Of a stretch of 64,000 nucleotides of DNA, positions 59,208-64,000 are shown one piece after another (position 1 is the stretch's first letter; each line of letters begins with the position of its first letter). A program made the translations under genes and the position numbers. The notes under the pieces are model-generated. The model was not told the DNA's origin and ran no database searches. It saw nothing but the letters and a program-made list of their open reading frames with translations. The DNA comes from an uncultured Clostridia bacterium (GTDB lineage Bacteria > Bacillota > Clostridia > RUG12999), in assembly GCA_946555455.1 (NCBI GenBank), contig CAMNSU010000001.1, forward strand, positions 16,526 through 80,525, read 5' to 3'.

Positions 59208-60242
59208 ATGTTAGACCAAATGAAAAACACACCGTTTGACGTGCTGGGCTTTGGAGAAGTTATGCTGCGGCTTTCACCTGTCGGCAAGGAACGTATTTCT
59301 CAAAGCGAAACGTTTGACAAACGTGCGGGCGGCGCGGAACTGAACGTTGTCAGCGGCATTTCCCAGCTTGGCTGCCGCACCGGTATTATCACAAAACTGC
59401 CGGACAACGAAATCGGAAAATTTATCAAAAACAAAATCCGCTACAGCGGTATCAGCGACGATTTCATTACCTATGATAAGAGCGCGGAAAAACGCCTTGG
59501 CATTTACTACTACGAAAGCGGCGCATATCCGCGTGTGCCGACCGTGGTCTATGACCGCGCAAATTCTTCGTTTGCGGCTTGTCATGTGGAAGATGTGAAC
59601 GAAGCGGCATATGCCAGCACCAAGGTCTTTCACCTCAGCGGTATCACGCTTGCGCTGAATCCGACCATTCGCGAAACGGCGCTGGAAATGATTCAAAAGT
59701 TCAAAAAACAGGGGACGTTTATCTCTTTTGATGTGAACTACCGCGCCAGCCTTTGGGACGAGGATACCGCCCGCGAATGCCTGATGCAGGTCATGCAGGA
59801 CGTGGACATTCTGTTTGTGTCGGAGGAAACGCTGCGGCGCATGTTCCGGCAAACGGGCGATATTCATGAAATTCAGCGAAAATTTGCGCGGCAGTTTGAC
59901 AATGTGAAGGTGATTGCCAGCACGCGCCGCGTGGCAAAAACGCCGACGCGTCACACATGGCAGTCTCTCGCCTATTCTGTGGAAGAGGACAGTTTTTTTG
60001 AAGAAGCGCCCTATGAAGATATTGAGGTGGTAGACCGTATTGGCAGCGGCGACGCTTATGTGGCGGGCGCGCTCTATGGTCTGATTCAGCACCGGACGCT
60101 GGAGGACGCTGTGCGCTACGGTAACGCCATGTCCGCACTGAAAAACACCATTCCGGGCGACATGACCGCTTGTGACGCCGGCGATATCCGCCGCGTGATA
60201 GACGCGCATATGAAAGGACAAGCAAGCGAAATGGTGCGCTGA
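59208..60242 (+). CDS. PfkB-family carbohydrate kinase (KdgK/ribokinase-like)
   Basis: GG motif near the N-terminus and a C-terminal GSGDAYVAG (DTxGAGD-like) anion hole. Confidence 0.8.
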   Translation: MLDQMKNTPFDVLGFGEVMLRLSPVGKERISQSETFDKRAGGAELNVVSGISQLGCRTGIITKLPDNEIGKFIKNKIRYSGISDDFITYDKSAEKRLGIYYYESGAYPRVPTVVYDRANSSFAACHVEDVNEAAYASTKVFHLSGITLALNPTIRETALEMIQKFKKQGTFISFDVNYRASLWDEDTARECLMQVMQDVDILFVSEETLRRMFRQTGDIHEIQRKFARQFDNVKVIASTRRVAKTPTRHTWQSLAYSVEEDSFFEEAPYEDIEVVDRIGSGDAYVAGALYGLIQHRTLEDAVRYGNAMSALKNTIPGDMTACDAGDIRRVIDAHMKGQASEMVR

Positions 60243-60357
60243 CTTTGGCAAATGACGCATTGTGGGGCGATATTTTCCGGGAAATGTTCCCCCAATTGTC
60301 GCTACGGGTATATCCCTCGTGAAAAATGTCCTCCGGATTTGGGCTATGCCCAAATCC

Positions 60358-60515
60358 TCCCCCTCTTACTTTTTCTGAGGGAAATACCCTCCGCTCCTTG
60401 CCCCCCATTTTCTCCTCCTTTACTTTTCTTGGGGGATATAGCTTCCGCTCTTTGCCCCCGTCTGCTATCCCTTTTACTTTTTGGGGGCGGGAGGTGCTCC
60501 GCGCTTTGTCCTGTC
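60358..60515. repeat. Three tandem direct repeats of about 54 nt (CT-rich...TTACTTTT...GGGGG...CTCCGCTC.TTGCCCCC), each with an internal hairpin, in a convergent intergenic region
   Basis: Units start at about 60358, 60412 and 60466. Preceded by perfect hairpins GGGTATATCCC and GGATTTGGGC-tat-GCCCAAATCC (60343-60365). Confidence 0.6.
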
Positions 60516-60553
60516 TGCTCCTTGGTTTTTGTTTTGCATAGGTGGCAGCGGAT

Positions 60554-60835
60554 TTAGAGTGCGCCCATATATTTAAGCGTGCGTATTGTATTGCGCAGCA
60601 TACACCGGCGGTGATAGTCAACCTCCAGCGATTCGCCATAGGACATGTCCTCCAGATATTTCTGCGCCTGTTTTCTGTCTTCCGGACGGACAAGCTCTAG
60701 GAGTTTATCACGGCTTTCCTCATAATGTATCTGATATTCATATTCGCTGGGATTATCACATTCAAAATTATTGCAATCCAATACATATAACTGCTCCATA
60801 AATCCCTGAAATACCGAATCAAATGTTTCTCGCAT
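60554..60835 (-). CDS. Hypothetical 93-aa acidic cytoplasmic protein
   Basis: ORF with RBS AAAGGATGA. No recognisable domain. Confidence 0.45.
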   Translation of the reverse strand: MRETFDSVFQGFMEQLYVLDCNNFECDNPSEYEYQIHYEESRDKLLELVRPEDRKQAQKYLEDMSYGESLEVDYHRRCMLRNTIRTLKYMGAL

Positions 60836-60927
60836 ATGTTATCATCCTTTCTAAAACACTAACTAATATTACGGTACTAGTATACCATATCTTTTAGAGT
60901 ATGTCAAGTCTTTTTGGGGGGACAATT

Positions 60928-61362
60928 ATGAAAAACATGTCACAACACTTAATCGAATTGCGCAAAAACTATCAGTTTACGCAAAAACAGGTAGCAGAGA
61001 CTTTAAAAATGAAAGAAAATGCATATCGCCATTACGAGAAAGGACGGAGTATTCCTAATATTGGTTGTCTCATTCAATTAGCTGAATTATACCATACGTC
61101 CATAGAATATATTGTTAGAGGAAATAAGTTGGATAACATATATATTTCTCACAAAATAACGTCGTTTCCGAAACGTTTGAAAGAAATCCGTAAAAGAAAT
61201 CATATGACACAGCTGCAACTAGCCAAATTTTTAGGATTAGAAGAGGTATCATATCAATATTATGAATATGGCACGCATGAACCCAAACTAGAAAATTTGA
61301 TAAAATTAGCAGACCTGTTTCATGTAACGCTGGACGAATTATTGGGACGAAATGAAACATAA
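60928..61362 (+). CDS. XRE-family transcriptional regulator with two helix-turn-helix domains
   Basis: Two Cro/C1-type HTH units (QKQVAETLKMKENAYRHYEKGRSIP; QLQLAKFLGLEEVSYQYYEYGTHEP). Start MKNMSQHL with RBS GGGGGGA. Confidence 0.75.
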   Translation: MKNMSQHLIELRKNYQFTQKQVAETLKMKENAYRHYEKGRSIPNIGCLIQLAELYHTSIEYIVRGNKLDNIYISHKITSFPKRLKEIRKRNHMTQLQLAKFLGLEEVSYQYYEYGTHEPKLENLIKLADLFHVTLDELLGRNET

Positions 61363-61363
61363 A

Positions 61364-61557
61364 GCTGACGGATACGTCACTTTTCAATCATGGAATGTCT
61401 GGACATGCGCCAGACATTCCATACTTTGCGGCGTTTGGAGTGCCGAGGAACGAGGCGCGACGCGAGAGCGAAAAACGCCGTCAGGAGGAGCCCACGAGGG
61501 GGACGCAGTGACAACGACCAACGGGAGATGGAACAAGTCCCTCTCGTGAAGATATGG
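61364..61557 (+). repeat. R1 structured repeat, copy b (tandem unit 1)
   Basis: Begins 2 nt after the XRE stop. Hairpin ATGGAATGTCTGGACATgcgcCAGACATTCCAT. GGAGTGCCG...GGCGCGACGCGAG core. GGGGGAC...GTCCCTC 3' stem. Confidence 0.7.
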
Positions 61558-61747
61558 GCTGACGGATACGTCACTTTTCAATCATGAAATCTTCGGACAT
61601 GTGCCGAAGATTTCATACTTCTCAGTCGCCAGCGTTTCGCTAGGAACGCTGCGCGAGCGAAGGCGACTGCAAAGGGGGATTCCAACAAGGGGGACGGTAT
61701 GACAGCGACAAAGGGAGCTGGAAAGAGTCCCCCTTTTGACCACAATA
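61558..61747 (+). repeat. R1 structured repeat, copy c (tandem unit 2) ending in a terminator-like hairpin immediately upstream of the phosphoesterase RBS
   Basis: Hairpin ATGAAATCTTCGGACATgtGCCGAAGATTTCAT. 3' stem GGGGGAC...GTCCCCC followed by TTTT (61690-61737). Confidence 0.7.
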
Positions 61748-61765
61748 CACGCGGAGGTGGTTTTT

Positions 61766-62575
61766 ATGACTCCTTGGACATGGATTTTATCAGCGGGCGG
61801 GCTTGCCGCCGCGGGCGCAGGCTATGGCATCTTGGAAGCAAAAAGCCTGCGCGTGCGGCGCATTACCATCACCGGCGCGCCTGCGTCGTTGCACGGCAAA
61901 ACCGCCGCCGCATTTTCAGACGTGCATTTCGGGCGATTTGTCACGCCGGCGCAACTGCGCCGCTGCGTGGAAAAAATAAATGACTTGCGCCCCGATTACC
62001 TTTGGTTTTTGGGCGATTTTTCCGACAAACACCGCAGTCACTATGACCTGCAAACGCGGGCGGCTGTGGCAAAACTGCTGCGCGGCTGCGCGCCGCAAGC
62101 GGAAAAACTCGCCGTGCTGGGCAACAACGACTTGCATATGCCCGCCGCGCGTGCATTCAGCGCGGAACTGTTGGCGGCGGGCGGTTTTCGCGTGCTGCAA
62201 AACGAAGCCGTCCGTTTGACAGAGGACGCGTCTGTCATTGGACTGGAGGAATGGAAATATGGAAAGCCGGACGTGCAAAAAGCCTTAAACGGCGCCGCGC
62301 CCTATGTCATTTGTCTCATGCATCACCCTGATTATGCGGATATCAGCGCGCAGCATCAAATTCCTGTCCAGCTATCGGGGCATTCCCACGGCGGGCAGGT
62401 GAAACTGCCGCTGCTTTACCGCTATATGCTGCCGCACGGCGGACGCAAATACCACACGGGCGAATATCAGGTCGGTGCAACGCGCCTTATTATTTCAAAC
62501 GGCGTTGGCGTGCACACGCTGCCGTTCCGTTTTCTTGCCCCGCCCGATATTTTGCATATCACATTTACCGAATAG
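61766..62575 (+). CDS. Membrane-anchored metallophosphoesterase (YkuE-like)
   Basis: N-terminal TM helix MTPWTWILSAGGLAAAGAGYGIL. Calcineurin-like motifs SDVHFG, GDFSD, GNND and HHP. RBS GGAGGTGG. Confidence 0.75.
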   Translation: MTPWTWILSAGGLAAAGAGYGILEAKSLRVRRITITGAPASLHGKTAAAFSDVHFGRFVTPAQLRRCVEKINDLRPDYLWFLGDFSDKHRSHYDLQTRAAVAKLLRGCAPQAEKLAVLGNNDLHMPAARAFSAELLAAGGFRVLQNEAVRLTEDASVIGLEEWKYGKPDVQKALNGAAPYVICLMHHPDYADISAQHQIPVQLSGHSHGGQVKLPLLYRYMLPHGGRKYHTGEYQVGATRLIISNGVGVHTLPFRFLAPPDILHITFTE

Positions 62576-62678
62576 ACATAAGAGCGGACGCCATATAGCG
62601 CCCGCCCTTGTTTTATGTGGAAGTATCTCTTATGTAGTTCCCTGTTAGGCGACCGGTTCCTACGTTGTTTTATCACCT

Positions 62679-63488
62679 CTAGTCAAAGGTCAGCACTTTG
62701 ATGTTCACGTTTGGCACGGTCAGCGCTGCATATTCCTCAAGCGCAGGACGCACCCGCCGCTGCACCATTTTCGCTGTTTCGCGGATATCCACACCGAATT
62801 TTAAAATCACGTCGATTTCCACCGTAACGCCCGCACCCGTTTTCAGCCGCGTTACCCGCACGTCTTTGACTTTCACGTCCCGCACCTTGTGCGCTTCATG
62901 TTTCACGATATCCACAATGACCTTGGTGGTCAGCTTATAATCGCCCATGTAACTATAGGTCGGTCGAATAATCGTTTTGTCCGCTTCAAAAAAGTTTTTG
63001 TCCTGCATACGGAAAAACACTTTCAGGGAATCGAGAAAATAGCCTGAAAAATGTTTTTTCACTTCAAAGGTGGGCGCGGGAATGACGTGTTTCCCCTGCG
63101 TTTCGCGCATTCGTTTCGCGAGAGCGATTTCCTCCGGCGAAGCAATATCCGTCAGCAAAATAATTCTCTCCGGCGGCGGCAGTTCCAGCCGCTGCGCAAT
63201 CCGCTGCACCATACGCTCCGACGTTCCCAGCAGCAAAATGGAAATATCCCCACGCGCGCGAATGGCGTCCCGCATGGGAATGGCGTCCTTGTCATACATG
63301 AAAATTGCGTGTTTCACAGACGCAATCATGGTCTTTTCCGATTTGGCGGACTTGCCCGCCACGATATGCCCTTTATAAATCAGCAATCCGTCGTCGATAA
63401 TATAATCCAGATTGTTTTCTTTTGCAATCCATTGGGCGCGGAAACTTTTTCCGCTGCCGCTTTCTCCAACCAACGCAACTACTTTCAT
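62679..63488 (-). CDS. P-loop NTPase domain fused to Asp23/Gls24 (alkaline-shock) domain
   Basis: Start MKVVALVGESGSGKS (Walker A) with RBS AAGAGGGA. C-terminal Asp23-family region (YKLTTKVIVDIV...VTVEIDVILKFGVDI...). The listed ORF is over-extended to 63641. Confidence 0.6.
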   Translation of the reverse strand: MKVVALVGESGSGKSFRAQWIAKENNLDYIIDDGLLIYKGHIVAGKSAKSEKTMIASVKHAIFMYDKDAIPMRDAIRARGDISILLLGTSERMVQRIAQRLELPPPERIILLTDIASPEEIALAKRMRETQGKHVIPAPTFEVKKHFSGYFLDSLKVFFRMQDKNFFEADKTIIRPTYSYMGDYKLTTKVIVDIVKHEAHKVRDVKVKDVRVTRLKTGAGVTVEIDVILKFGVDIRETAKMVQRRVRPALEEYAALTVPNVNIKVLTFD

Positions 63489-63514
63489 TGCCTCAATCCC
63501 TCTTTTCTCTGTTT

Positions 63515-64000
63515 TTATACCAACGGCTCTATCAGCCGGCAAATCCCTTCGCATATTTTTTGCAGTCCGTTTCGTTTCCGGTGGTTTTCCAGCGTGAGTT
63601 CGCGGCTGTTTTTCACGTCCGCTAAAAATGTATTTCTGCATTGCCGCGCAAACGTTTCATCATAGACCAGCGCATTCATTTCATAGTCCAGCCGAAACGA
63701 CCGCGAATCAAAATTCGCAGACCCCACCGACGCAACACAATCGTCCATCACAACTGTTTTGGCGTGCAAAAACCCTTTGTGCGTATAGACCTTGATACCG
63801 CAGCGGAGCAATTCTTCCACATGGGACAGTGTAATATAATATACAAATTTTTTATCCGGTATGCCAGGTATCATCACCCGCACGTCCACGCCGCCGCGCG
63901 CCGCCAGCCGAAGCGCTTCGGTCAGCGATTCGTCCGGCACGAGATAGGGCGTTTGAATATAGATATATTTTTTCGCACTGTTTACCATCTTCACATAAGA
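63515..64000 (-). CDS. Cardiolipin synthase / phospholipase D family protein, C-terminal part (N-terminus beyond window)
   Basis: C-terminal PLD HKD motif (HAKTVVMDD...GSANFD). Confidence 0.75.
   Translation of the reverse strand, partial: SYVKMVNSAKKYIYIQTPYLVPDESLTEALRLAARGGVDVRVMIPGIPDKKFVYYITLSHVEELLRCGIKVYTHKGFLHAKTVVMDDCVASVGSANFDSRSFRLDYEMNALVYDETFARQCRNTFLADVKNSRELTLENHRKRNGLQKICEGICRLIEPLV

Noticed and set aside
59791-60693. 300-aa minus-strand ORF with repetitive KERK/GGG peptide
   Set aside because: It lies antisense to the PfkB kinase gene for most of its length, and its repetitive part is the translation of the 54-nt tandem DNA repeats. It is a GC-rich antisense artefact.
61352-61587. 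Four 65-aa ORFs on both strands overlapping the R1 tandem repeats (for example 61390-61587 MECLDMRQTF...)
   Set aside because: Their length equals the repeat period (about 194-198 nt), they exist on both strands, they lack an RBS, and the conservation between copies is at the nucleotide and secondary-structure level (compensatory stem changes) rather than at the codon level. They are artefacts of a repeated non-coding element.
61364-61747. Possibility that the R1/R2 repeats are a CRISPR array
   Set aside because: The units are 130-194 nt, internally structured, not identical, and not separated by unique spacers of uniform length. No cas genes are nearby.

Overview
This 64-kb window has the composition and gene content of a spore-forming Clostridia genome. 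GC is roughly 55-60%. It carries SLH-anchored surface proteins, dpaAB, a SpoVIF-like protein and the Firmicutes S10-spc-alpha ribosomal gene order. The supplied ORF track uses ATG, GTG and TTG starts and reports the longest ORF, so many real starts lie downstream of the listed ones. It also omits ORFs that run off the window edge. An 807-codon minus-strand frame at 1-2421 is missing for that reason.

Content from left to right:
- 1-10.5 kb: a vitamin B12 capture and uptake locus. Minus strand: GH95-like hydrolase, ECF S, fused EcfA, EcfT, a DUF4430 lipoprotein and an SLH protein with an alpha/alpha-toroid domain. Plus strand, divergent: a cobalamin riboswitch controlling a double-DUF4430 SLH surface protein.
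- 10.7-28.2 kb: an ABM monooxygenase with an upstream P-loop remnant, then the complete rpsJ...rplQ ribosomal, secY, adk, map, infA, rpoA cluster with its promoter and a long leader.
- 28.4-34.9 kb: a sugar ABC importer with an AraC-type membrane sensor regulator.
- 35.5-40.8 kb: dpaAB, a tautomerase, a radical-SAM photolyase-like gene, ferritin and rarA.
- 40.8-45.7 kb: a low-GC islet ending at a tRNA-Met. It carries a tandem pair of small RHH genes (the first leaderless), a metallophosphoesterase, a NYN-domain protein, and a P-loop kinase-like plus dCMP-deaminase fusion (DcdV/dCTP-deaminase-like, a candidate anti-phage nucleotide-depletion gene) translationally coupled to a 60-aa zinc ribbon.
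- 45.9-57.1 kb: oadGB, proS, ispDF, carD, and a corrinoid methyltransferase system (two URO-D-family methyltransferases, a corrinoid protein, a RACo-like activase, a DUF2284 protein and an AraC regulator).
- 57.1-64 kb: small sporulation-like proteins, a PfkB kinase, an XRE regulator, a membrane metallophosphoesterase, a P-loop-Asp23 fusion and a partial cardiolipin synthase.

The most unusual non-coding content is two families of structured intergenic repeats. R1 has three copies, two of them tandem between the XRE gene and the phosphoesterase gene, with compensatory base changes in a 13-bp stem. R2 has two copies and is a composite of palindromes carrying back-to-back extended -10 boxes. There is also a three-unit 54-nt tandem repeat.
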